In this document: one piece after another, positions 1 through 10,781 of the stretch
Layout of the letters: each line of letters begins with the position of its first letter
How positions within the stretch are numbered: the stretch's first letter is position 1
Assembly (NCBI GenBank): GCA_963762865.1
Contig: CAVXNC010000022.1
Location: forward strand, 34,265-98,264
Direction: 5' to 3'
Length of the DNA: 64,000 bases
Source: an uncultured Actinomycetota bacterium
GTDB taxonomy: Bacteria; Actinomycetota; Actinomycetes; JACCUZ01
Notes under the pieces: generated by a model
Seen by the model: only the letters and a program-made list of their open reading frames with translations
Databases searched by the model: none
Told to the model about the DNA's origin: nothing
Made by a program: the position numbers and the translations under genes

Positions 1-1179
<1,179 letters not shown>

Positions 1180-1289
1180 GGATGCTCCTCGGTGTGGTGA
1201 CGGAGGGTGCGCGGTCGTACGAGGCCTGTCGCCGCCGTACGAGGCCGTGCTGGACCGGCACCGCGGCACGCTGACGCCGAGGCATGAAA

Positions 1290-1305
1290 TGTGAGATCTG
1301 TCACC
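1290..1305. promoter_or_regulatory. CRP/GlxR-type binding site upstream of the protease gene
   Basis: aaaTGTGA-gatctg-TCACCtt, 9/10 match to TGTGA-N6-TCACA with AT-rich flanks in a GC-rich background. Confidence 0.6.
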
Positions 1306-1432
1306 TTCGTCCCGATCCGGGCGCTGACGGTAACGGTGCGCCCGGAAGGGCCGTCAAGGCTCCGCCGCGGCTCCTTGCCAAGTCATGACCAGCGCTTTCC
1401 CGGCGGCTGGCGGCCCTCCTGTGCGGGTCGTC

Positions 1433-1951
1433 TCAGCGGAGCGGCTGCACGGCGTACGTCCCACCGTCCTCAGCGATCAGGACGCCCTCGCCCTTGCCGA
1501 GCGGCTGGACCAGCGTGCCGGTCAGCCCCAGCACGGCTGCCTCGTTCGTCGGGCTGTGCCCGATCACGAGAGCACGACCGGCGTCGGGCAGCTGGTCGAC
1601 GACAGCTCGCAGGGCCGCGCTCAGGACAGCGGTCTCCTGCTCGACCAGGTTCGGGTCGACCGTACGCATGGCCTCGAGGTCCCCACCTCCCGTCGCCTTC
1701 GACGCCTCGCGCCAGCGATCCTCGACGGCGGAGCGCAGCGACGTGACCGTGTGCACCGGTACGTCCACCTGCCCTGCGGCTGCGCGCAGGATTTCGACCA
1801 TCTCGTTGGCGCGGGCGGCGCCGGTGGAGACGAACATGTCGTACGGCGCGTGCAACCCGGTCCGACCGATCTCCTCGGCGGCCGCCCGCCCATCGACACT
1901 GAGCCGGTCGCCGTCGTTGTCGGTGTGCCGGCGAATCTCTACGTACCTCAC
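1433..1951 (-). CDS. Histidine phosphatase (phosphoglycerate mutase-like) family protein
   Basis: N-terminal VEIRRHT (RHG-like), STGAARA and LVIGHSP motifs. GTG start overlaps the upstream stop (GTGA); GGAGGAGG RBS. Confidence 0.7.
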   Translation of the reverse strand: MRYVEIRRHTDNDGDRLSVDGRAAAEEIGRTGLHAPYDMFVSTGAARANEMVEILRAAAGQVDVPVHTVTSLRSAVEDRWREASKATGGGDLEAMRTVDPNLVEQETAVLSAALRAVVDQLPDAGRALVIGHSPTNEAAVLGLTGTLVQPLGKGEGVLIAEDGGTYAVQPLR

Positions 1952-2934
1952 GATGTACCTCCTCCGTGGTGTTGGAGCAGCAGCGCAGCCGTCTCCTCGC
2001 CGGCGGCACGCAACGACTGCGGCTCCATGACGAACGCGTCCGGGCCGCAGCACAGCAGCAGCACGCCGAGTCGCTGGTCCACCGGCGGCAGCAGCTCGGC
2101 GCGCAGCGACACGGACTCCTCGTCGTCGGCGATGACGGTGACTGACTCGGCGAAGCGGTCCACCGCCCAGCGCCGCTCCTGCGGGACCACCAGGTCGACG
2201 GAGAGCGGAGCGCGTTGCGCGATGAGCAGCGCGTCCACGTCGGTCGGTGGCTCGAAGGTCTCGTCGAGCACCTCGCAGGTCGAGATGCCGGAGACGAGGT
2301 AGGTGCGCAGCTGGGCTATGTCGTCGGCCGGACCGGCGTCGACCTCCCAGCCGCGACGGGTCCGCACCACGCGGTAGGGGTCGATGACCCGCTCGCCGGC
2401 GCCGGGTCGCCAGACACGTGTGTAGGTGATGCGCACCTTCCGGCGTTCTTGCGCGGCGCGGTAGAGGAGCTGGGCAGTCGGTGCCCGCCACGTGGCTGCC
2501 TCGTCGCCCTCGGCCGGCAGCAAGGCCGACTGGAAGGCACCAAGCGCCGAGCGCAGCACCTCGTTGTCCGGCTCGAGAGCGAGCAGGTCCGACCCGGCCG
2601 CGAAGAGATGGCCCAGCTGCTCTGCCCCGAGGTGGTCGACGCCGAGCTCCTGCTCGGGGTCGCGCGACACGACCCGCACCCACTGCGCGGTCCGCGGGTC
2701 GACGTCGTCCTCGGCGTCGGGCGCGAAGAACTCCACCACCGGCTGGTCGAAGTCGCCGAGCTCCACCAGGTCGGCGCGGTAGTAGGCGAGCACGACCTCG
2801 CGCAGGTCGTCGGCCGCCACCCCGAGCTCCGCCGCCAGGTCGGCCAGCGGCAGCCCGCCGGGGTGCAGCTCGAGGATCCCGAGCGCCCGGGGGAGTGCCG
2901 CGAGCCGTCTCGCGTAGCCGGCCAGCTCGCTCAC
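1948..2934 (-). CDS. WYL-domain transcriptional regulator, PafC-like (HTH-WYL-WCX)
   Basis: HTH LADLAAELGV, WYL region RRKVRITY..ERVIDPYRV..GWEV, C-terminal GPDAFVMEPQSLR. GTGA coupling to both neighbours. Confidence 0.85.
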   Translation of the reverse strand: MSELAGYARRLAALPRALGILELHPGGLPLADLAAELGVAADDLREVVLAYYRADLVELGDFDQPVVEFFAPDAEDDVDPRTAQWVRVVSRDPEQELGVDHLGAEQLGHLFAAGSDLLALEPDNEVLRSALGAFQSALLPAEGDEAATWRAPTAQLLYRAAQERRKVRITYTRVWRPGAGERVIDPYRVVRTRRGWEVDAGPADDIAQLRTYLVSGISTCEVLDETFEPPTDVDALLIAQRAPLSVDLVVPQERRWAVDRFAESVTVIADDEESVSLRAELLPPVDQRLGVLLLCCGPDAFVMEPQSLRAAGEETAALLLQHHGGGTS

Positions 2935-3854
2935 GCGTCCACCATCGCCTGCAGCTCGGCGAGCATCTCGGCCCGGACGTCGTCGGGTGACACGACGTGC
3001 ACCCGCGTGCCCAGCTCGTAGACCCGCCAGCGGAAGACCGACCGGTTCGTGACGACGTACGTCATCAACGACTCGCCCGCGTCCTCCCGCACGGCGTGCG
3101 CCGCTCCGAGCAGGTTCTCGACCAGCAGCCGGTGCTCGGAAGCAACGCGCAGGACGACCTCGGTCGGCGGGTCCTCGCGCCAGCTCAACGGGTCCATGGC
3201 GGGTCGCGCGACCTCGTCGAGGACCTCGGCCGTCCCCGGGGCGTCGAGGGACACCTCACTCATGCGCGACACCACGAACTCCTTGACCAGGCCCGGCGGG
3301 TCACCACCTTCCTCCCGGCCGCGCAGGTACCAGCCGGACGGGCCGCTGTGGACCTGGCCGGGGTGCACGAGGCGCGGCTCCCCCTTGTAGGTGAAGCGGA
3401 TCCGGCAGTGCCGGGTCGTGCCGCGCTGGACGAGGTCGAGCGTCGAGGGTGCGGAGTCCGGCGACGGCGTGGCGGGGTCGGCGGGCACGGCGCCAGCGGC
3501 GGCGCCGAGGTGCTCACCCAGGTGGTCCAGGCCGGCGGCGATGGCGGCCCGCAGCAGCTCGCCGCGCTGCTCCGGGGTGAGCAGCACCTGCAGCCGGTTG
3601 TCGCGCGCCCGCATGACGTAGATGCCGTCGGCGCCGGGGTCGGCGACGTTGCGCACGTCGTAACCGAGCTGGTTGAGCGCCTCGATGTCGCGGGTGAGCA
3701 TCCGGCGACGTGCTTCGGGGGTGTGGTCCGCGGAGCCGAGAGCGGTCAGCATCACCGTCAGGGACGCGCCCTTGGGATGCCTCGTCAGGGCTCCGATCAG
3801 CCGGACGAGCCGTTCCATCGGACCGGTCTGGTCCCGGCCGGGCGCCGGCGTCAT
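2931..3854 (-). CDS. WYL-domain transcriptional regulator, PafB-like (HTH-WYL-WCX)
   Basis: ERLVRLI, RRMLTRDIEALNQLG wHTH, IRFTY..RLVHP..GWYLRG, C-terminal LGTRVHVVSPDDVRAEM. ATG 3854 with GAGGAG RBS. Confidence 0.87.
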   Translation of the reverse strand: MTPAPGRDQTGPMERLVRLIGALTRHPKGASLTVMLTALGSADHTPEARRRMLTRDIEALNQLGYDVRNVADPGADGIYVMRARDNRLQVLLTPEQRGELLRAAIAAGLDHLGEHLGAAAGAVPADPATPSPDSAPSTLDLVQRGTTRHCRIRFTYKGEPRLVHPGQVHSGPSGWYLRGREEGGDPPGLVKEFVVSRMSEVSLDAPGTAEVLDEVARPAMDPLSWREDPPTEVVLRVASEHRLLVENLLGAAHAVREDAGESLMTYVVTNRSVFRWRVYELGTRVHVVSPDDVRAEMLAELQAMVDA

Positions 3855-3906
3855 CCCCGTCTCCTCGCTGCTCGTGGACCCGTCCCGGGCCGCGGTGACC
3901 TGGTGC

Positions 3907-3942
3907 GACGCTAGCCCGGCATCTGACGCTAGCCCGGCACCT
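3907..3942. repeat. 18-bp tandem duplication in the WYL/M50 divergent promoter region
   Basis: gacgctagcccggcatct followed directly by gacgctagcccggcacct. Confidence 0.8.
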
Positions 3943-4022
3943 GTCGACGGACCGGCACCGCGGCGCGCGTGTCCCAACCTGGCACACGGGCCTCGGGCAG
4001 GCGGAGGCCGTAGGTTTCACCC

Positions 4023-5387
4023 ATGAGTCAGCTGGTCGAGGGCGGCCGACCGATCGCACGCTTCCGCGTGTTCGGCTTCCCGGTGACCGTCGACATCTCG
4101 TTCCTGATCATCGTCGGGCTCCTCGGCTGGTACCCGGGTGTCGCCCTGCGCGACGTCGCCATCTGGGTCGTGCTCGCCACGGTCGGCGTTCTCGTGCACG
4201 AGCTCGGCCACGCGTTCGTCGCGCGGACGACCGGCGCCGAGCCAGTGATCACCCTCGCCGGACTGGGTGGCCTGACGTCGTACGTCCCTCCGAATCCGGT
4301 CTCGCGCGCGCGCTCTGTCGCGATCTCCGTCGCTGGCCCTGCAGTGGGGATCGTCATCGGCGGCGCGCTCTACGCGGTCGCGGCCGCGACGGACATCCAG
4401 TCGGACCTGTGGTCGACCGTCCTGCGCCTCGCGATCTACATCTCGCTGTTCTGGAGCGTTCTCAACCTGTTGCCCATCCTGCCGCTCGACGGCGGTCAGA
4501 CGCTGCGTGAGCTGCTGCCCGGCGGACGCGCCAAGCGCGAGGTCCGCGCCGCGATGGTGTCGATCGCGGTCTCGGTGGTCGTCGGGATCGTCGCCTACCG
4601 CGCCGGACTCGTCTTCGGGACGCTGATGGTGGCCTTCCTGATCGCCAGCAACGTGATGACGATCCGGCAGGCGCGCGAGCTCGAGGGAAGGGACGTCAAC
4701 CAGCGGGTGTCGGCCCTGTTGTGGGCGGGGCGGGTCAGTCAAGCCCGCGAGCTGGCGAGCGAGAACGCCCGAGACCTCAACGACGTCGTACGCACCATCG
4801 TGACCGCGCTCGACGACGACGGTGGCGAAGGCCGTGGCAACGACGGGCACGGCACGGCGGCGGGCGAGGACGCGCGGCGCCGCGTCGCGCAGGCTGCCCA
4901 GGACCCGGACGACCCGACCGGGTCGACCGTCGCGATCCTCGTCGCCCGGGCGCGGAACGACTGGACGGCGGTGCGGGACACCGTGGCGCACGCGCCGCTC
5001 GTCGGGACGTCGGCGGTCGTCGCGGCACAGCAGGCAGCCCACCACGACGGCCGACATCGTGAGGTCGCCGAGATCGGCCAGGCGTTCCTCGACCGGACGC
5101 TCCCGGTCCGCACCGACGGTGACGACCAGGCACCGATCATTGCGTACAACGCCGCCTGCGGATGGGCGTCTGTCGACGACCTCGACCGGGCTCTCCCCGC
5201 CCTGCGGCGGGCGGTCGCGCTCGGCTTCGCGGACCTCACGACCCTCGACAGCGACGACGAGATCGCGCCGCTGCGGCCGCTGCCCGGCTACGACGAGCTG
5301 CGCCGGCAGGTGCGCGACCGGGCCCTGGCGGGCGCCGGCGAGGCCGCGCCCGGATCCGCGCCGCCGACCCCTCCGGCGCCCGACTAA
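4023..5387 (+). CDS. Site-2 protease (M50 intramembrane metalloprotease) with C-terminal TPR-like region
   Basis: HELGH, AGP and NLLPILPLDGG motifs, multiple TM segments, C-terminal AYNAACGWA helical repeat. Confidence 0.88.
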   Translation: MSQLVEGGRPIARFRVFGFPVTVDISFLIIVGLLGWYPGVALRDVAIWVVLATVGVLVHELGHAFVARTTGAEPVITLAGLGGLTSYVPPNPVSRARSVAISVAGPAVGIVIGGALYAVAAATDIQSDLWSTVLRLAIYISLFWSVLNLLPILPLDGGQTLRELLPGGRAKREVRAAMVSIAVSVVVGIVAYRAGLVFGTLMVAFLIASNVMTIRQARELEGRDVNQRVSALLWAGRVSQARELASENARDLNDVVRTIVTALDDDGGEGRGNDGHGTAAGEDARRRVAQAAQDPDDPTGSTVAILVARARNDWTAVRDTVAHAPLVGTSAVVAAQQAAHHDGRHREVAEIGQAFLDRTLPVRTDGDDQAPIIAYNAACGWASVDDLDRALPALRRAVALGFADLTTLDSDDEIAPLRPLPGYDELRRQVRDRALAGAGEAAPGSAPPTPPAPD

Positions 5388-5443
5388 GGGTTCTGTCCAA
5401 CCCCGCCGCGACCGTGGTCCCAGGTCGAGGGGGAGGGGTCGAG

Positions 5444-5698
5444 ATGGGATCGAGAAGCGGTCGATCAGGCCGTACGTCGCGAAAGGCCGGTCGGCCGCTG
5501 TGCCCGGCCACCGGGAAGATCCGGTACCGGGACGGCCACGACGCCGCCCTGGCGCTGAAGTCGCTGGTCCGGCGCCGCTCGCGCGCAGAGTGCGAGGGGG
5601 CGGAGTGCGCGATCCGGGTCTGCCGCAAGTACCCGTGCGAGAGCTGCGGCGGGTGGCACCTCACGAGTCAGGGCCGGGCAGAGTGGACCGCCGCCTGA
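5444..5698 (+). CDS. Small basic zinc-finger-like hypothetical protein (84 aa)
   Basis: CPATGKIRY...RKYPCESCGGWHLTS; GGAGG RBS before ATG 5444. Confidence 0.65.
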   Translation: MGSRSGRSGRTSRKAGRPLCPATGKIRYRDGHDAALALKSLVRRRSRAECEGAECAIRVCRKYPCESCGGWHLTSQGRAEWTAA

Positions 5699-5868
5699 GC
5701 TACCGCTTCCCGGACGTCCAGGTCGTAGATCGCCGCGCGAGTGCAGCCGTGAGTCTGCGACGCATTCAGACAGAAGCCCCACTGCGGATCGGGCAGGGTT
5801 CGCGCGATCGGCTGGCGGGGGAGCGTCCGGTTAAAGCAGCCGCAGCCCCGCCTGCAGGCTGATGAGCA

Positions 5869-6676
5869 TCAGAGACCGGCCGACGGGCGCGGTGCAGGCA
5901 AGGGCATGTCGAGCGTGCCGTCGTCATTGAGCTTCGCGATCGCGGCCGTCCGGCTGGTCACGCCCAGCCGGGCGAAGATGTTCTCGAGGTGCTTCCGGAC
6001 CGTGGTCTCGGAGAGCTCGAGCCGGCGCGCGACCTGACGGTTCGTGTAGCCGAGCGCGACGTACGCGAGGATCTCGCGCTGCCGGCCGGTCAGGGGCGAC
6101 GGACCGTGCCGGCTCCGCTCGTGGGCGAGGTATGCGGCCTGCAGGTGTGGTCGCAGCAGGGTCAGGACGGCGACGTCACGCGGCGAGAAGTCCGCGCCCG
6201 GGCCACGGAAGAAGAGGAGTCGGAGCGTGCGCTGGGGGGCACCGGCGTCCAGCGCCAGGATCAGCTCGTGTTCGATGCCGCCGGGCTTCATCATCTCGTT
6301 GAAGAAGCCGCCGTTGCGCTGCTCGCGGGGCGTCTCGATGTCGCAGTCGCGGACGGCCAGCGAGATGTCTCCGCGGTCCGGGTAGGAGCACGCGGAGTCC
6401 CAGTAGAAGAGCTGGTACAGCTCGCTGTCCTCGTCGGAGGCCATCGTGCCCCGCTCGCCGGCCTGGGCGTGGCCCTCGTCGAAGACCTGCTGCTCGGCGA
6501 AGTAGGTCCAGCTGGGCGTGTCCTGCCCGGACGCCTCGAAGAAGTCGCACGGGACCAGCTGCCTCAGGTCCTCGAGCATCTCCCACGGGAAGCGCTGTGC
6601 CGTCGTCGGCGGCGTACTTCCTGGTGATGGCCAGCATCTGCTGGACATCCCTGTCGGTGACGGCCAACTGCTCCAT
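5869..6676 (-). CDS. LuxR/NarL-type HTH regulator with N-terminal GAF-like sensor (frameshift near 6590)
   Basis: LTGRQREIL..GYTNRQVARRLELSETTVRKHLENIFARLGV. ATG 6676 with GGAGG RBS lies in a different frame from the gene body. Confidence 0.85.
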
Positions 6677-6729
6677 GGCGACCTCCGTGTGCCTGCTTCG
6701 ACCATAGGCCCGTTCGGCGCGACGGGACG

Positions 6730-6745
6730 TACGACGAACGTCGTA
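6730..6745. promoter_or_regulatory. 7-2-7 inverted repeat, putative LuxR/NarL-family operator
   Basis: TACGACG-AA-CGTCGTA, a perfect inverted repeat between divergent genes. Confidence 0.55.
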
Positions 6746-6808
6746 TGGCGCTGTGGGCGCTTCCGGCTCAGCGTGAGGGCACCGAAGAAGTCCACTCAAG
6801 GAGCTCTC

Positions 6809-7087
6809 ATGAACGCCACTCGTCATCTGGTCAGGTTCGTCTCCGCGACCATCGTCGGGATGCTGACCACGCTTGTGCTCGGAGTGTCCGCAGCGTGGGC
6901 CGGGCCGGCCCCGCTCGACCAGCCGGGAGCACCCTCGCCCGAAGCTTCGTCGACCGGCGACCCGTTCTGGACCAGCACCTCCATCAGTCTCGCCGCGATC
7001 GCCGCGCTTGCCGTGATCACTGTCGTTGCCGTGCTGATGGTCACCACGGTTCGCCATCACCACCACGGCGCCCCGGCTGCTGTGTGA
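6809..7087 (+). CDS. Small exported/membrane-anchored protein (92 aa)
   Basis: AAGGAG RBS, signal peptide ending AWA, Pro-rich linker, C-terminal TM helix then RHHHH, followed by a strong hairpin. Confidence 0.7.
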   Translation: MNATRHLVRFVSATIVGMLTTLVLGVSAAWAGPAPLDQPGAPSPEASSTGDPFWTSTSISLAAIAALAVITVVAVLMVTTVRHHHHGAPAAV

Positions 7088-7115
7088 CGTCGTGGTGCCA
7101 CCTGCGGCGGGGGAA

Positions 7116-7151
7116 CCGGCCGTGCCACCCCTCGCGGGGTGGCACGGCCGG
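7116..7151 (+). terminator. Intrinsic terminator-like hairpin
   Basis: Perfect 16-bp stem ccggccgtgccacccc / ggggtggcacggccgg with a 4-nt loop. Confidence 0.65.
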
Positions 7152-7262
7152 GCCGTCGTTGATCCACACGCCATCCCGGACCGGCCTACAGTCCGGACAA
7201 CGGGGCACTGCGTTCGCGATCCTTCTGACGCGACTGAGACGGTCCCGCGTCAGGTGGCGGTG

Positions 7263-8996
7263 ATGCCCGGAGCCCGGGTGGCCCGCGTCGTCGCCCTCTT
7301 GCTGCTGGCAACGGCCTGCTCCTCCGACCCGGCCTCCGACGCGGACCGTGACACAGGCCCGGTTCGCGGGGGCGAGCTGACCGTGTTGACCAGCGACCAG
7401 AAGTTCACGCACCTGGATCCGCAGCGCACCAACTACGGCGAAGAGATGGCCTTCGCCGGTTCCTTCCTCACCAGGACCTTGACGGCGTACGCCCTCAGCC
7501 CGGGCAGCCGGGAGGCCGGGACCCTCGTCCCCGACCTGGCCACCGACACCGGCAAGCCCAACGCCGACCGGACCACGTGGTCGTGGAGGTTGAAGGACGG
7601 CCTCACGTGGCAGGACGGCTCGGAGCTGACGTGCAATGACGTCAAGTACGGGGTGTCCCGCACGTTCGCGACCGACGGTCGTGACCGATGGGCCGCAGTA
7701 CGCCGCGTCGATGCTCGACATCCCGACCGACTCCACAGGGGCGTCGATCTACCGCGGCCCCTACGAGCATCGCGACGAAGGCAGTCGTGCATTCGACAAG
7801 GCCGTCGTGTGCGACGGCCCGACGATCACGTTCCATCTCAACCGGCCGGTGGCCGACTTCAACTACACCGTTGCCCTGACCGCGTTCGGCCCGGTGCCCG
7901 AGGCCGCTGACGACGGCGAGGCGTACGACCGGCACCCGGTCTCCTCGGGTCCGTACAAGATCCAGGAGTACGAGCCGGGCGAGCAGCTCGTGCTGGTGCG
8001 CAACCCGGCCTGGAACGCTGCGACCGACCCGCGGCGGCGCGCCTATCCCGATCGAGTGGTCGTGCGCTTCGGGATCTCGTCGTCGGTCATCGACCACCGG
8101 ATGATCAAGGACTCCGGCGCCGACCGGCATGCGGTGACCATCGACCCCGTCGAGCCGCAGTCGTTGGCGACCGTCTTCGAGGACGACAGGTTCCGCATGC
8201 GCCGGATCGACCAGGCGGACCCCGTACGCCCACTACCTCGTCATCAACACGGCGCGGATCCCGGACCTGCTCCACCGGAGGGCGATCGCTGCCGCGCTGG
8301 ACCGGGCGCAGCTCCGGACGATCGCGGGCGGCAGGTACGCGGGTGAGCTCAGCGACGGGGTGGTCAAGCCCAACCTCGTGCTCGACTACGCGAGCCACGG
8401 GTCTGTGGACCGGGCTGCTCGGCGAGTCGATCCCGGCGCAGGGGAACCCTGCGTATGCCCGCGAGCTCCTCGACCAGGCGGACGGTTCGTTGGGGACTCT
8501 GCAGTACGACTACCCGCAGACGCCGACCAACGACAAGCTCGCCGCGTCCGTCGTGGCGTCCCTCGGCCGGGCCGGCATCGAGGTGCGGCCCAACCCGATC
8601 GACTACGACGAGTACTTCGGCGTCATCGGCGACCCGAGCGTCGCAGGGCCACCTCGCCAGCTGGCCTGGGGTCCGGACTGGCCGAACGCGTCGACGATCA
8701 TCCCCGTGCTCTTCACGCCGGGCGGCGGCTTCAACCTCTCGCAGGTCGACGATCCGGAGTTCACCGACGACGTCCAGCGGGCGCTCGCAGAGACCGACCG
8801 GGAGGCGCAGGCATCGCTGTGGAAGGAGCTGCACCGGTACGCCATGTCGCAGGCCTGGGTCGTGCCGACCCTGTACTCCCGGAGCCAGCGGCTCGTCGGG
8901 TCAAGCGTCCGGGCCGCCGCCGGCAAGAACGACCGGGTCTACCTCTGGATGCCGTACGGGGCCTGGCCCTACGCCGACCTGTACATCGACCAGTAG
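7263..8996 (+). CDS. Family 5 (peptide/nickel) ABC transporter substrate-binding lipoprotein, frameshifted near 7680, 8222 and 8395
   Basis: Lipobox LATAC, LVPDLATDTG, LKDGLTWQDG, SSGPYKI and WGPDWP pieces spread over consecutive ORFs. No permease genes adjacent. Confidence 0.82.
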
Positions 8997-9014
8997 GCGC
9001 GCGCGTCGTTCGCG

Positions 9015-10781
9015 TCAATCGCCGCAGCGCAGCACGAGCATCGCGACGTCGTCGTCGCCGGCTTCGGCGCCCATCACTTCGAGGATCGCGTCGCAGACCT
9101 CGTCCGGCTTGCGGTTGCCGACCCTCGAGAACGAGTCCATGAGGGCGTCGATGCTCTCGTCCAGCTCTTCGTCACGCCGCTCGACCAGGCCGTCGGTGTA
9201 GAGCAGCAAGGTGCTGCCGGGCACCAGGTCGACGGTGTGCTCGGCGCGCTCCGCGCCGCGGATCAGTCCGAGCAGCAGGTCCGGCCCGTGCTCGAGCCGA
9301 TGGACCGTGCCGTCGGGTTCGCGCAGCAGCGGTGGCAGGTGTCCGGCGTTGGTCCACCGCAACCGCCTGCGCCCATCGGCCCGGTAGTCCTCCGGCTGCT
9401 CCACCCGGGCCAGGACCGCGGTCGCCAGGGTGTCCAGCTCGAGTCCGTTCAGCGCCTCGTCCAGCCGCCGGAGCAGGTGCGCCGGACCGTCCTCGCTGTC
9501 GAAGGCCAGCCCGCGCAGGACGTTGCGGACCTGGCCCATCGAGGCGGCCGCGATCTGGTCGTGCCCGCTCACGTCGCCGACGACCAGCATGGTGCTGCCC
9601 GAGGCGGTGACGAAGGCGTCGTACCAGTCGCCGCCGACCTGCGCGGCCTGCTGCGCCGGCTGGTACCGCACGGCGATGTCCAGGGCATCCGGTGTCGGCG
9701 GCTGGGTGAGCAGCGACCGCTGCAGGGTCTCCGAGAGCTCCTGGCTGGCGTGCGCCGCCGCACGGTCGGCCTGCAGGTGCTGGATCCGGTCGAGCGCCTG
9801 GGCGCACATCGCCGCGAAGCCACGCAGCAGGGCGAGCTCCTCGGGCCCGAAGTCCCGCTCCTCCCGCCAGCCCACCACCAGCGCGCCGAGCAGGCGCTCG
9901 CCGACCTGGAGGGGGAGGGTCGCCCACGCGGCCCGGTCGGTCAACCGGTAGACGTCCTCGTTCGGCGGGGACCACGCGAGGCCGCTCTCGCGGGTGGGCA
10001 GCAGCACCTCCTCGCCGGTCCGCGCGACGTGTGCCGCCGGCAGCCGGCTGGACAGGGGCAGCTCGGCGTACTCCACCCGGGCCTCGTCGCCGAGGCTCTC
10101 GCTGATGGCCAGCCGCACGACGCGGGCTTCGTCGTCGCGCACGCTGACCGCGCCGCCCTGGGCACCCAGCACCTGCAGGCCGCGCCCGATGACGATCCGC
10201 ACGAGGTCCTCGACCGTGTCGGCACGAACCACGTCCAGAGCCACGGCCGACAGCCGGGTCGCTCGAGCGGTGGCGAGCCGGCGGGCGTCCTCGGCGGCGG
10301 CGAGCTCCCGCTCCTGCCGTAGCGCCACCGCCTCGGCGGCATCGGTGATGTCGTTGCCCATCGCGACCACGTACGACCGGCCGTCCTCGTCGCGGAACGG
10401 GCGCAGGGACAGGTCGACGATGCGCCGCTCTCCGGACGCGACGTAGAACCGGCTCGTTGTCCGGAAGTGCTCGCCGGACCCGACCGCGTCCTCGACCCAG
10501 CCCTGCACACGTGCCCGCAGGTGGGGGTCGCTGGGCAGGTTCCACCAGCCGCACTCCCAGAAGGGACGACCCACGGTCCTGTCCCGGTCGAACCCGCACC
10601 CCTCGATCGCCAGCTCGTTGGCGTCGAGGACCCGACCCGACTCGTCGAGGATCCCCGAGAAGAGCAACGGCGTCTCGTAGAGCGCGTCGAACCAGCGCTC
10701 GGACAGGGTGGTGCCGACCGGGGTCCGCGAGACGCGGACGGACGGTTCGGTCGCGGCGTCGGTCTGGGCTTCCGCGCTCAC
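9015..10781 (-). CDS. SpoIIE/RsbU-type PP2C phosphatase with PAS and GAF domains
   Basis: VGGDWYD, VGDVSGH, NAGHLPP, YTDGLVE and DDVA motifs. Confidence 0.9.
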   Translation of the reverse strand: MSAEAQTDAATEPSVRVSRTPVGTTLSERWFDALYETPLLFSGILDESGRVLDANELAIEGCGFDRDRTVGRPFWECGWWNLPSDPHLRARVQGWVEDAVGSGEHFRTTSRFYVASGERRIVDLSLRPFRDEDGRSYVVAMGNDITDAAEAVALRQERELAAAEDARRLATARATRLSAVALDVVRADTVEDLVRIVIGRGLQVLGAQGGAVSVRDDEARVVRLAISESLGDEARVEYAELPLSSRLPAAHVARTGEEVLLPTRESGLAWSPPNEDVYRLTDRAAWATLPLQVGERLLGALVVGWREERDFGPEELALLRGFAAMCAQALDRIQHLQADRAAAHASQELSETLQRSLLTQPPTPDALDIAVRYQPAQQAAQVGGDWYDAFVTASGSTMLVVGDVSGHDQIAAASMGQVRNVLRGLAFDSEDGPAHLLRRLDEALNGLELDTLATAVLARVEQPEDYRADGRRRLRWTNAGHLPPLLREPDGTVHRLEHGPDLLLGLIRGAERAEHTVDLVPGSTLLLYTDGLVERRDEELDESIDALMDSFSRVGNRKPDEVCDAILEVMGAEAGDDDVAMLVLRCGD

